Shown: positions 17,567 through 27,014 of the stretch, piece after piece | How positions within the stretch are numbered: the first letter of the stretch is position 1 | Layout: the number at the start of each line of letters is the position of its first letter | Source of the DNA: a virus | Lineage: Duplodnaviria; Caudoviricetes | Direction: 5' to 3' (one strand) | IMG/VR virus record: IMGVR_UViG_3300038974_000468 | Location: 1 to 28,031 of that record | Length of the DNA stretch: 28,031 bases | Position numbers and translations under genes: made by a program | The notes under the pieces: generated by a model | Seen by the model: the letters and a program-made list of their open reading frames with translations, nothing else | What the model was told of the DNA's origin: nothing | The model's database searches: none

Positions 17567-17586
17567 ATTTGCAAGCATTCAATCTT

Positions 17587-17754
17587 TTAGGGTGGTCTCT
17601 CACCAATAACTATAGGCACATCTTTGCCTTTGGCAGCTACACACTTCACGAGCACTGGTAAAGGCTGTTTTAAACGCCCCGGTACTTTCAAGACGAAGCA
17701 GTGCTTATTAAGCGGACATTTCTTATTACATCGGTAAATTGTACTGGTCTCCAT
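17587..17754 (-). CDS. Small Cys-rich hypothetical protein (55 aa)
   Basis: AAGGAGG RBS before ATG 17754; METSTIYRCNKKCPLNKHCF...KC has 4 Cys, possibly a zinc ribbon. Confidence 0.65.
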   Translation of the reverse strand: METSTIYRCNKKCPLNKHCFVLKVPGRLKQPLPVLVKCVAAKGKDVPIVIGERPP

Positions 17755-17791
17755 TGATTTTTCCTCCTTGATATGATAGAATGTAGCAAAC

Positions 17792-17807
17792 AAGCTTGTT
17801 CGCTTAT
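17792..17807. promoter_or_regulatory. Putative repressor operator copy 2
   Basis: AAGCTTGTTCGCTTAT, 14/16 identical to AAGCGCGTTCGCTTAT at 18991-19006. Confidence 0.55.
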
Positions 17808-17823
17808 TTACTACACTATGGGT

Positions 17824-17860
17824 AAAAAAGACGGGAATGCACAAATAAACGCACATTCCC
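17824..17860 (-). terminator. Rho-independent terminator after the immA-like gene
   Basis: GGGAATGTGCG-loop-TGTGCATTCCC then GTCTTTTTT. Confidence 0.75.
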
Positions 17861-17864
17861 AGCG

Positions 17865-18587
17865 CTAACTGCAAAGATACTCCTCGATTGACACTTCCTC
17901 ACGCGAGAGAAGCCCCAGATTTTGGAGTCGGTACTTCATCGGTGAGTAATTGACGCTGAACAACTCCGCCATTTTCTCGATGATGGAATCAATATGAACA
18001 TTAAGCTTGATAGGCATTATCGGAGTGGTTGAAAGACCAGCTTTCGCCGAGAACATCGTCTCGACAGCATCTTTGGGCATGAGAAAAGCTGCCGCACAGT
18101 AGTTAGCTTGAGCCTCTATTCGTTCTATCGCCGTCATATTTTTTCGCTTGCCGGACTCAGCGCGGAAGTCCTTCTTCTGGCAGTAATGCTGATAGTTCGC
18201 CGTTCTTGTCCGGAAACAGCGCTGGTGAAGGATTTGATGAAAGCACTCATGTATGACTGTGAAGTTCTCGATGCCGCGATTGCTGCCTTCACTTATGGTC
18301 CGGTCAATAAGTATCGTACCCGCATGAACAGCGATCTTTTCAGGCAGCATACCCGCCTCAAAATAAGGCGCAGGCCATGCCCACCAGTATCCTTCGTTAT
18401 ATGCAGTCAATCCCAGATATGACTGATCCGGCGTAAGGTAAACCCAGTCAGGCGTACACTTGATAAGATCAACCACATCATATACATCAATAGGCTTTGG
18501 GCGAACAAGGCGTTCTTTATCAAAGTCCTGCGTCAGTTTGATTGCCTTGTCCTCAAGCTGAGATGGCGAAAACTCGTAGTAAATCAA
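17865..18587 (-). CDS. ImmA/IrrE-family metallopeptidase (anti-repressor)
   Basis: NFTVIHECFH (HExxH), 'EAQANYCAAAFLMP', C-terminal HTH; overlaps the XRE gene stop. Confidence 0.9.
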   Translation of the reverse strand: MIYYEFSPSQLEDKAIKLTQDFDKERLVRPKPIDVYDVVDLIKCTPDWVYLTPDQSYLGLTAYNEGYWWAWPAPYFEAGMLPEKIAVHAGTILIDRTISEGSNRGIENFTVIHECFHQILHQRCFRTRTANYQHYCQKKDFRAESGKRKNMTAIERIEAQANYCAAAFLMPKDAVETMFSAKAGLSTTPIMPIKLNVHIDSIIEKMAELFSVNYSPMKYRLQNLGLLSREEVSIEEYLCS

Positions 18588-18967
18588 GTATCCGATTCCC
18601 CTTTTTCCTTTGTTTCAAGCATTTCGATTACTTTCTGCCACTCCTGATCGCCGGCATTGATGTCACGTGCCATTCTTAAAGCGACACGCGCTTTCTCACT
18701 ACCCATGATGTATTCGGGCAGATCAGGCGACACGGTGTTTTCTTTTGCAAGAGCTGCTAAATCGAACATCTCGTTCATTTCGGTATCGGTAAGATGCAGC
18801 ACTTCTGCGATTTTGTACAGCTTGTCTTTGTCCGGCGGATAACGCCGTCCCTTTTCTATATCACTCATGTAGGCAGGGACAATACCAAGCAGTTCGGCGA
18901 GCTTTCGAAGGTTGACACCCTTCTCCATCCTTTTCGCCTTAATGTATTCTCCAAACTTCGTATCCAC
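18584..18967 (-). CDS. XRE-family HTH repressor (ImmR-like)
   Basis: FGEYIKAKR...LRKLAELLGIVPAYMSDIEKGRR; GTG start with AAGGAGG RBS. Confidence 0.92.
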   Translation of the reverse strand: MDTKFGEYIKAKRMEKGVNLRKLAELLGIVPAYMSDIEKGRRYPPDKDKLYKIAEVLHLTDTEMNEMFDLAALAKENTVSPDLPEYIMGSEKARVALRMARDINAGDQEWQKVIEMLETKEKGESDT

Positions 18968-18989
18968 AGTAAAACCTCCTTGTTGTGAT

Positions 18990-19043
18990 TAAGCGCGTTC
19001 GCTTATCTGCTTATATTATACACCGCGTTTCGGCTGTTGTCAA
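18990..19043 (-). promoter_or_regulatory. Consensus sigma-A promoter of the repressor operon with downstream palindromic operator
   Basis: TTGACA(19043-38)-N17-TATAAT(19020-15); palindrome TAAGCG-N4-CGCTTA at 18990-19005. Confidence 0.8.
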
Positions 19044-19160
19044 TAGGCTCTCGGAAGTTTCAAAAAATTCACATTTTGAATCGGGTAAGAATGAGAGGAC
19101 AGCTCGCCAAATTAAATATTCGTAAATCTAAATATTATTTCCTTATAACTGGATATGATA

Positions 19161-19189
19161 TTGACTTTTGCGCATATCCGTGCTATGCT
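19161..19189 (+). promoter_or_regulatory. Sigma-A promoter for the XRE/R-M operon
   Basis: TTGACT-N17-TATGCT with extended TG. Confidence 0.6.
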
Positions 19190-19256
19190 ATTATTGTTTT
19201 TTCTGTGCCGTGATGAAAACGGGCTTGAAACTGCTACCGAAAGAGAGGCGTAGAGC

Positions 19257-19475
19257 ATGGCTGTGAGCTATAAAAAACTCTGGAAATTATTGATAGACAA
19301 AAACATGAAACGCACAGACCTCCGTGCTGCAACAGGTATTAGTACGACTACTCTCGCCAAGTTAGGGAAAGACGAGAATGTCAGTACAGAAATCCTCGCC
19401 AAAATCTGCAAAGCATTGGAGTGTGACGTCGGTGACATCATGGAGATGGTGAACGATGAATGCGCAGATAATTGA
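19257..19475 (+). CDS. Small Cro/C1-type HTH regulator
   Basis: MAVSYKKLWKLLIDKNM...GISTTTLAKLGKDENVS...IC..L.C.VGDIME; GAGG RBS. Confidence 0.9.
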   Translation: MAVSYKKLWKLLIDKNMKRTDLRAATGISTTTLAKLGKDENVSTEILAKICKALECDVGDIMEMVNDECADN

Positions 19476-19508
19476 GTCTAAAAAACCGAACAGGAGAGTT
19501 TCCTTATC

Positions 19509-22088
19509 ATGAATCAGACAACCTATAATTCCTTGAAAGCTTTTATTTGGGGCATCGCTAACGATTGCCTTGTTGATGTATATGATGTCGGTGATTACCG
19601 AAAGGTTATCCTGCCGTTCTTTGTTATCCGCCGCTTTGACGCCGTTCTTATGCCGAAGCACGACGATGTGGTGAGAAAGAGAGTGGAGTTTGAGAAGAAG
19701 GGCATCACGGTCGATATCGACCCGGCGCTCTGCACGATAGCTGGGCAGGCTTTTTGCAATCGCTCCGACTATACACTGACTGATCTAAAATCCCGTACCA
19801 ATCAGCAGCAACTGAAGCGTGATTTTATCGCCTATTTGGACGGGTTCTCGCAGAATGTGCAGGAAATTCTGAGCAAGTTTAAAATCCGTAATGAAATCGA
19901 TACGCTTTCCGAACATGATCGCTTGGGACTACTTATCGAAAAGTTTGTTGACCCTCGCTATAACTTCAGCACAGAGCCGGTGCTTAACGATGATGGTACC
20001 GTTCGTATAGAAGGTCTGGACAACCATTCGATGGGAACGCTGTTTGAGGACGTTATCCGGCAGTTCAACGAAGAAACGAACATCACCGATGCCGGACGCC
20101 ACTTCACGCCGCGAGACATTGTGGAACTGATGGCTGACCTCGCGTTCATTCCGGTTCAAGACCAGATTCAAAGCACTACATACCGCATTTACGACGGAGC
20201 TTGTGGAACGGGCGGTATGCTTACAGTTGGAGAACAGCATATTCAGACGCTTGCTGCTCGTCGCGGTAAACGTGTCTCAATAAAGCTGTTCGGTCAAGAG
20301 AACGCCGACGAGACCTACGCCATTGCCCGTGCAGATATGCTTGTTAAGGGCGAAGGAGCGCAGGCGAATAACATAAGGTACGGTTCGACAATATCTGAAG
20401 ATAGATTTGCCCATGAGGAATTTGACTTTATGCTTTCAAATCCCCCGTTCGGAACATCGTGGAAGTCTGAACTCAAGGCTTGGGGAGATATAAAGAAAAC
20501 GGATATTACTGACCCGCGTTTTGTTATAGAATATGCTGATACTCCCGAATACTCTCTTATTCCTGATATTGGCGACCCGCAGATGCTGTTTTTAGCGAAT
20601 AATATCAGCAAAATGAAGAGAACAACCACACTTGGTAGCCGGATTGTCGAAGTACATAATAGTGCTTCATTATCAACTGGTAAGGCTGGTAGTGGACCGA
20701 GTAATCTGCGCCGAATGATTATCGAGCAGGATATGCTTGAGGCTATTATCGCACTTCCAGAAAAGATGTTTTACAACACGCCTATTAGTACTTACTTGTG
20801 GGTTGTAACTAACCAAAAGAGCGCCGCCAGACGTGGAACAGTTCAACTTATAGATGCTACATCTATGAAATCAGGTATCAGAAAGAATCTGGGAGATAAA
20901 AACTGTGAAATAAGCGAAGAAACTCGTCGGGAAATACTACAACTCTATTTGGCGTATACTCATGCCGATTCCCGCTTTAGTCGCGTGATCCCAAATGCGG
21001 AGTTTGGATATTGGGATGTGCCAATTATGCATCCGCTTCTTGACGAGCACGGTTCTCCTGTCATAGAAATGAAAGGTAAGAACAAAGGAAAGGTTAAAGC
21101 CGATAAAAAGCAAATTAATAGAGCCAGAGTTCCGTTTTCTTACGATGGCGGTATTGCTGGTTTCTTTGAAACGGAAGTAAAGCCGTTTTCTGACGCCGCA
21201 TGGATTGATGAGTCTGATGTAAAAATTGGCTACGATATAAGTTTTACAAAGTATTTTTACAATCCTGATGAATTACGAAAAACTGCTGATGTTATTAACG
21301 ATTTAAGAGAAGAACACGATATGTCTACATCTCTCTTGTCAGATATTGTACGAAAGGCAGCTGCTGATAGTGTCGGACGCACAATACAGATGCAAGATAG
21401 TGGAAATAAATGGCTTGGACAAATCCCAGCACACTGGGAGCTCGTTTATCTGTGGCAGGTTTGTTCTGAGCAAAGTAACAAGAATAAAGAGCTCACTGAG
21501 ACTAATGTTCTGTCCTTAAGCCACGGAAATATCATCCGAAAAAAGGACATAAATTACGGGCTTGTTCCAAAGGGATATGATGGATACCAAATTGTTGACC
21601 CGGGTAATATTATTCTTCGTTTAACAGATTTACAAAATGACCAGAAAAGCCTTCGCACAGGCTTAGTCAGAGAACGAGGCATCATTACATCGGCATATAC
21701 GTGCCTTAAGACAACGCAAAACCCTCGTTTTATACAGTTGATACTTCATGTTTATGACATTAATAAGTTTTTTTATGGACTCGGTGGTGGAGTAAGACAA
21801 TCTATCGGTTTTCAAGACCTAAAGACAATGATAATACCGATTCCTCCGATTGAGGAACAGAATAAAATTGCAGCGTTTGTAGATTCAAAATGTGCTGCTG
21901 TTGGTGTCGTTATCGACGATATGATAGCGCGGTTAAAAAGCGAGATCGCTCTTCTTGGACAGTATAAGACTCAAATGGCTGCAGATATCATCACTGGTAG
22001 AACTGATCTTGACGAAATTGAATCTACGCAGCTTTCAGAAGATGAGTATGTTGAAGAAGATGAGAATGAAGAACAGGAGGTAGATTAA
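19509..22088 (+). CDS. hsdM: Type I R-M methyltransferase HsdM fused to a single-TRD (half) HsdS
   Basis: HFTPRDIV, YDGACGTGG, FGQE, SNPPFG; from ~21390 HsdS repeat 'MQDSGNKWLGQIPAHW...PIPPIEEQ...IITG'. Confidence 0.9.
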   Translation: MNQTTYNSLKAFIWGIANDCLVDVYDVGDYRKVILPFFVIRRFDAVLMPKHDDVVRKRVEFEKKGITVDIDPALCTIAGQAFCNRSDYTLTDLKSRTNQQQLKRDFIAYLDGFSQNVQEILSKFKIRNEIDTLSEHDRLGLLIEKFVDPRYNFSTEPVLNDDGTVRIEGLDNHSMGTLFEDVIRQFNEETNITDAGRHFTPRDIVELMADLAFIPVQDQIQSTTYRIYDGACGTGGMLTVGEQHIQTLAARRGKRVSIKLFGQENADETYAIARADMLVKGEGAQANNIRYGSTISEDRFAHEEFDFMLSNPPFGTSWKSELKAWGDIKKTDITDPRFVIEYADTPEYSLIPDIGDPQMLFLANNISKMKRTTTLGSRIVEVHNSASLSTGKAGSGPSNLRRMIIEQDMLEAIIALPEKMFYNTPISTYLWVVTNQKSAARRGTVQLIDATSMKSGIRKNLGDKNCEISEETRREILQLYLAYTHADSRFSRVIPNAEFGYWDVPIMHPLLDEHGSPVIEMKGKNKGKVKADKKQINRARVPFSYDGGIAGFFETEVKPFSDAAWIDESDVKIGYDISFTKYFYNPDELRKTADVINDLREEHDMSTSLLSDIVRKAAADSVGRTIQMQDSGNKWLGQIPAHWELVYLWQVCSEQSNKNKELTETNVLSLSHGNIIRKKDINYGLVPKGYDGYQIVDPGNIILRLTDLQNDQKSLRTGLVRERGIITSAYTCLKTTQNPRFIQLILHVYDINKFFYGLGGGVRQSIGFQDLKTMIIPIPPIEEQNKIAAFVDSKCAAVGVVIDDMIARLKSEIALLGQYKTQMAADIITGRTDLDEIESTQLSEDEYVEEDENEEQEVD

Positions 22089-22090
22089 AG

Positions 22091-25078
22091 ATGCCAACTA
22101 ACACCAGAGAAAACGGTTTTGAAACTCTGATTGTCGACTGGCTCGTAAATCAAAACCATTACGAGCAGGGCAGCAACGACGATTACAATCAAGAGTACGC
22201 CATTGATGAAACGCGGCTGTTCCGTTTTTTGCTTGATACGCAAAAACCCTATATGGATGAGCTGCGCATACTGGAATCGGAGACGGAAAAGAGGAAGTTT
22301 CTTGACCGTCTCAGTAAGAAGCTGTCCGATTCCGGCGTGATTGAGGTCTTGCGTAAGGGCTTCAAGTACAAACACCGTACTCTGGAACTGTATATGGTCT
22401 TGCCTTCAGAGGGCAATCACGATGCCCAAGTCCTCTATAACAAGAACATATTCAGCGTTACGCGGCAACTTCAGTATTCCAAGGAATACGGTCGCCTTGC
22501 ACTTGATTTGGCTGTGTTTACTAATGGTCTGCCCATCATGACTTTTGAACTGAAAAACCAGTTCACCAAGCAAAACGCTTCCGATGCCGAAGGCCAGTAT
22601 AAAAAAGATAGGTCATCGGCAGAATTGATCTTCAGCTTCAAGCGGTGTCTGGTGCATTTTGCCGTTGATGATAATGAAATCCGTATGTGTACGGAACTGA
22701 AAGGCGAGAAGTCTTTCTTCCTGCCGTTCAACAAGGGCTTTAATGACGGCGCCGGCAATCCGCCCAACCCTGATGGAATCAAAACCGACTATTTGTGGAA
22801 GGAGATATTAACTAAGCGGGAGCTATCCAACATCCTTGAAAACTACGTGCAGGTCATTGAGGAAAAGGACGAAGACACCGGGAAGAAATCATACAAACAG
22901 ATTTTCCCGCGCTATCATCAGCTCCATGTTGTAAAGGCCCTGCTTTCTGATGCTGCGCGCGACGGAATCGGACATCGTTATCTCATTCAACACAGCGCCG
23001 GATCAGGAAAGTCAAATTCTATCGCATGGTTGGCACATCAACTTGTCACGTTAAAGAACGCCGAGGGACAGGCGTTTGACACAGTTATCGTTGTCACCGA
23101 CCGTATCAACCTCGACAAGCAGATAAAAGACACGATTCGTCAGTTCATGCAGGTGTCTTCCACTGTCGGCTGGGCGAAGGACTCAGGTGAACTGCGGCAA
23201 CTGCTTGATGATGGGAAGCGCGTTATTATTACCATCGTCCACAAATTCCAGTTCATTCTCAATGACATCTCCGACGCCTACAAGCACAAGAAATTTGCCA
23301 TCATCATCGACGAGGCACATTCCAGCCAGAATGGTAGTCTCTCTGCAAAAATGAACATTGTCCTCTCCGGCAATGTTTATAACGACGATGATGAACTCGA
23401 AGATAAGATTAACAGCTTGATTGAGGGGAAACGGATGGCGTTAAACGCCAGCTACTTTGCCTTCACAGCCACGCCAAAAAACAAAACACTTGAAATGTTC
23501 GGTAAGACTATCGTCGACGAGAACGGCAATCCGATTCTCAATGAAGACGGCACCAAGAAATCGGAACCGCACTATGTTTATACCATGAAGCAGGCAATCG
23601 AGGAGCATTTTATCCTCGACGTTTTGAAATACTACACGCCCTACCAGAGCTACTACCACATCGTCAAAACCGCAGCAGATGACCCGCTGTTTGACAAGAA
23701 GCGCGCACAAAGTGTCCTTCGCTCATATGTTGAAAATCAGCCGTATGCCGTCAAGGAGAAAGCCGGAATTATTGTTGAGCATTTTCATAATGCGGTGAAA
23801 AACAAGATCGGCGGGCAAGGTCGCGCAATGGTGGTAACCGGCAGCATCCAGCGTGCTATTGAGTATTACTACGCGATTACAGAGGCGCTTCAAGCTCGGA
23901 GAAGCCAATATCGAGCTGTCGTCGCCTTTTCCGGCGATGCCAATTATAACGGGGAAACACTCAACGAAGCAAGAATCAATGGTTTCCCCAGCGCTCAGAT
24001 TGAGAAGAAGTTCAAAAACGATCCATATCGTATCCTTGTTGTCGCCGATAAATTCCAAACAGGCTATGATGAGCCGTTGCTCCACACGATGTATGTGGAT
24101 AAGGGGCTTGCCGATATTAAGGCGGTTCAAACACTCTCACGCCTGAACCGCTGTTACAGTGGCAAAAACGATGTCTTTGTCTTGGATTTTGCCAATGACC
24201 CAGCTGAAATACAGAAAGCCTTCGAGCGATACTACAAAACCACAGTTCTCTCTGGTGAGACTGACGCGAATAAGCTGAATGACCTGATTGACACAATGGA
24301 ACCGATGCAGGTTTATACACAGGAGCAAATAGACACCTTTGTCGGGTTATACCTTGGCAATGCACCGAGAGAAGAGCTTGACCCTATTATTGATGTTTGC
24401 GTGGAAGCATATAAGGCGCTTGATCTCGAAGACCAAATTGCATTTAAGAGCAGCGCTAAGACGTTTGTGCGCACATATAATTTCCTCTCGTCTATTTTAC
24501 CTTACGGCTCACATGATTGGGAGAAGCTGTCCATCTTTTTAAATCTGCTTGTTGCAAAGCTGCCGCGTCCGCAGTCAGAGGAAGACGACATTCGAAAAAT
24601 AGTTGAGGATGTCGATTTGGAGAGCTACCGCGTGGTCGCTCAGGATACGATATCAATCCGGCTGGCTGATGAGAACGCCGAGATTGATGCGATTCCCGTA
24701 AAGACTGATGTTGGTATTCCCGTCCCGGAGATGGATACGCTCACGAATATTATTGCGACCTTCCACGATATATGGGGCAATTGCGAATGGACAGACGAAG
24801 ATAAGATTAAACGTCAAATCGCCGACCTGCCAGATATCGTGAGGGGCGACGAAGCGTATCAGAACGCTATGCGTTATTCTGATGCACAGAACGCCCGCGA
24901 CGAGAGCGACCGAGCTGTGTTTGAAGCCATTATGAAAACAATGTCGAGCGGTATGGAACTGTACACCGCTTTTCAAGACGACATGAGAAACAGCAATAAC
25001 CAATCGTTTAAAAAGTGGCTCTTGGATATGGTGTTTAATTCTACATACCGCCCCGGCGGTGACACAACACGACCGTAA
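22091..25078 (+). CDS. hsdR: Type I restriction endonuclease subunit R
   Basis: Nuclease D...NGLP...ELK; RYHQ, HSAGSGKS, IIDEAH, FTATP, QTGYD, QTLSRLNR motifs. Confidence 0.95.
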   Translation: MPTNTRENGFETLIVDWLVNQNHYEQGSNDDYNQEYAIDETRLFRFLLDTQKPYMDELRILESETEKRKFLDRLSKKLSDSGVIEVLRKGFKYKHRTLELYMVLPSEGNHDAQVLYNKNIFSVTRQLQYSKEYGRLALDLAVFTNGLPIMTFELKNQFTKQNASDAEGQYKKDRSSAELIFSFKRCLVHFAVDDNEIRMCTELKGEKSFFLPFNKGFNDGAGNPPNPDGIKTDYLWKEILTKRELSNILENYVQVIEEKDEDTGKKSYKQIFPRYHQLHVVKALLSDAARDGIGHRYLIQHSAGSGKSNSIAWLAHQLVTLKNAEGQAFDTVIVVTDRINLDKQIKDTIRQFMQVSSTVGWAKDSGELRQLLDDGKRVIITIVHKFQFILNDISDAYKHKKFAIIIDEAHSSQNGSLSAKMNIVLSGNVYNDDDELEDKINSLIEGKRMALNASYFAFTATPKNKTLEMFGKTIVDENGNPILNEDGTKKSEPHYVYTMKQAIEEHFILDVLKYYTPYQSYYHIVKTAADDPLFDKKRAQSVLRSYVENQPYAVKEKAGIIVEHFHNAVKNKIGGQGRAMVVTGSIQRAIEYYYAITEALQARRSQYRAVVAFSGDANYNGETLNEARINGFPSAQIEKKFKNDPYRILVVADKFQTGYDEPLLHTMYVDKGLADIKAVQTLSRLNRCYSGKNDVFVLDFANDPAEIQKAFERYYKTTVLSGETDANKLNDLIDTMEPMQVYTQEQIDTFVGLYLGNAPREELDPIIDVCVEAYKALDLEDQIAFKSSAKTFVRTYNFLSSILPYGSHDWEKLSIFLNLLVAKLPRPQSEEDDIRKIVEDVDLESYRVVAQDTISIRLADENAEIDAIPVKTDVGIPVPEMDTLTNIIATFHDIWGNCEWTDEDKIKRQIADLPDIVRGDEAYQNAMRYSDAQNARDESDRAVFEAIMKTMSSGMELYTAFQDDMRNSNNQSFKKWLLDMVFNSTYRPGGDTTRP

Positions 25079-25136
25079 GTATGAATCTGAAATGGCATGA
25101 CAAAATGCACTGATTCTAAAGCTGGAGGAATGAGTA

Positions 25137-26911
25137 ATGGCGAAATCACATGACACCCCCATACAAGACATTCTAAAGGACATACATAACGGAACAACCC
25201 GCCTTCCCGATTTCCAACGCGGTTGGGTATGGGATGATGAGCGTATTCGTGCCTTAATAGCAAGCATAACGTGTTCGTATCCTGTCGGGGCTGTAATGTT
25301 CTTGGAGTATGGCGAGGATGGTATACGCTTTAAATCGCGGACATTTACAAGTGTGCCCGACGATGGAAAAACGCCGGAAATGCTTGTGCTGGACGGGCAA
25401 CAGCGGTTGACCAGCGTTTACTGCGCTATGTACAGCAAGTCTCCAGTACCGACGCAGACGATAAAAAAAGAGGACATTCAGCGGTATTACTATCTTGATA
25501 TTGAAAAGTGCCTTGACCCCAGTGTTGATAGAGTTGATGCTATAGTATCTATCCCTGCTGACAGAAAACCAAGGATGCTTTCGGACGCAATGTTATTACT
25601 GATCTCAGCACACGGCAAGGCGAGTTTCAACACCATATGTTCCCGCTAAACATTGTGTTCGATTCAATTGCATTGGATGAATGGAAAGATGACTACCGCG
25701 ACTTCCACAATGACCCGAATGTAAGCAAGCGGATACGCAGGTTTACTGCAGAAGTATTGAATCCGATAATTCTCTATACATTACCCGTGATTCAACTTGA
25801 TAAAAGCACTCCTAAAGAAGCCGTGTGTCAGGTTTTTGAGAATGTTAATACCGGCGGTGTAGCGCTTACTGTGTTTGAACTGGTCACAGCGACATTTGCT
25901 GCAGAGAATTATCCTTTGCGTGAAGACTGGGAAACACGAGCAAATAAAATGCAGACCGCTGACGGCACATTTGAACTGCTGTCGGTCGTTGCCGCCACGG
26001 ACTTTCTTGCATCCATGACTTTGCTGGCTCAAGTTAAAGGAAACAGAACGCTATCCGTAAAACGGAAAGATGTCCTGTCGCTTGCTTTATCAGATTACAA
26101 ATCCTACTCCGACGCACTAACTGATGGCTTCATCAGAGCAGCGCGCTTTCTTGTACAGCAGAGCGTCCTCGCTCCAAGAGACCTGCCATATACTACGCAG
26201 TTCATTCCGCTTGCAGTCCTGATGACTGTGTTAGGCAACAAAGCCGAGGATGGCGTCGTAAAAGCAAAATTGGCGTCTTGGTATTGGTGCGGAGTTTTTG
26301 GTGAAATGTACGGTTCTGCTAATGAAACCCGTTATGCCAATGATGTGTCTGGTGTGCTGGCATGGATAAATGGTGGTGATGAACCTGACACTGTCAACCG
26401 AGCATTTTTCCAGCCTACCCGGCTGCTCTCCCTCCAAACACGAAATGGCGCTGCTTATAAGGGAGTTATGGCATTAATCCTTGGTAACGGAGCGCGAGAC
26501 TTTATAAGCGGCGATAAAATGGATTTCACCAACTTCGTTGCCGACTACGTCGACATCCATCATATTTTCCCGCAGAAACACTGCGAGAAGCAAGGTTATG
26601 ACAAACGCAAGTGGAATTCCATCGTGAATAAAACACCAATTGCATATCGGACAAACAGAAAGATTGGCGGCGTTGCACCGAGTAAATATTTGAAAGCAAT
26701 TGAGGATACTAACGTATCTGCAGCCGCACTGAACACAAATCTCGAGTCTCATGGTATCGATGTCTCTGCGCTCCGTAGCGACGACTTCGATACGTTCTTC
26801 GCGCTTCGCGCAAAGTTGCTTCTCAATATGATAAGCAAGGCAATGGGCAAACAGATTGGCAATTTGGACAGTACCGAAGTAATAGATGCGTTTGGAATGT
26901 CATTAGTGTAA
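25137..26911 (+). pseudogene. GmrSD-like (DUF262 + DUF1524/HNH) nuclease, frameshifted near 25565
   Basis: FQRGWVW and LDGQQRLTS in the first frame; FENVNTGG and DIHHIFPQ...N in the second; adding one A at AGAAAACC joins them (…DRKTKDAFGRNVITDLSTRQGEFQHHMFP…). Confidence 0.8.
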
Positions 26912-27014
26912 TGCTTGCTTTATTAGTCAAATCTTATCACGCCGGACGAAGCCATGAGGGCGTATTGTTTGAAATTAATGGGCGCGATATGACTCAAAGA
27001 AAGAGAGGAATTTT

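Larger units (their letters stand above)
1..19050 (-). mobile_element. Prophage / phage-like integrated element (partial): immunity, replication, late-regulator, packaging-start and methylation modules
   Basis: Co-oriented, tightly overlapping minus-strand genes: XRE + ImmA, SNF2, PolA-family, primase, VRR-NUC, RinA/ArpU-like, HNH, P27 TerS. Boundaries and att sites not visible. Confidence 0.85.

Noticed and set aside
19509-22088. Phase-variable hsdS shufflon
   Set aside because: Only one TRD, and no recombinase or flanking inverted repeats seen.
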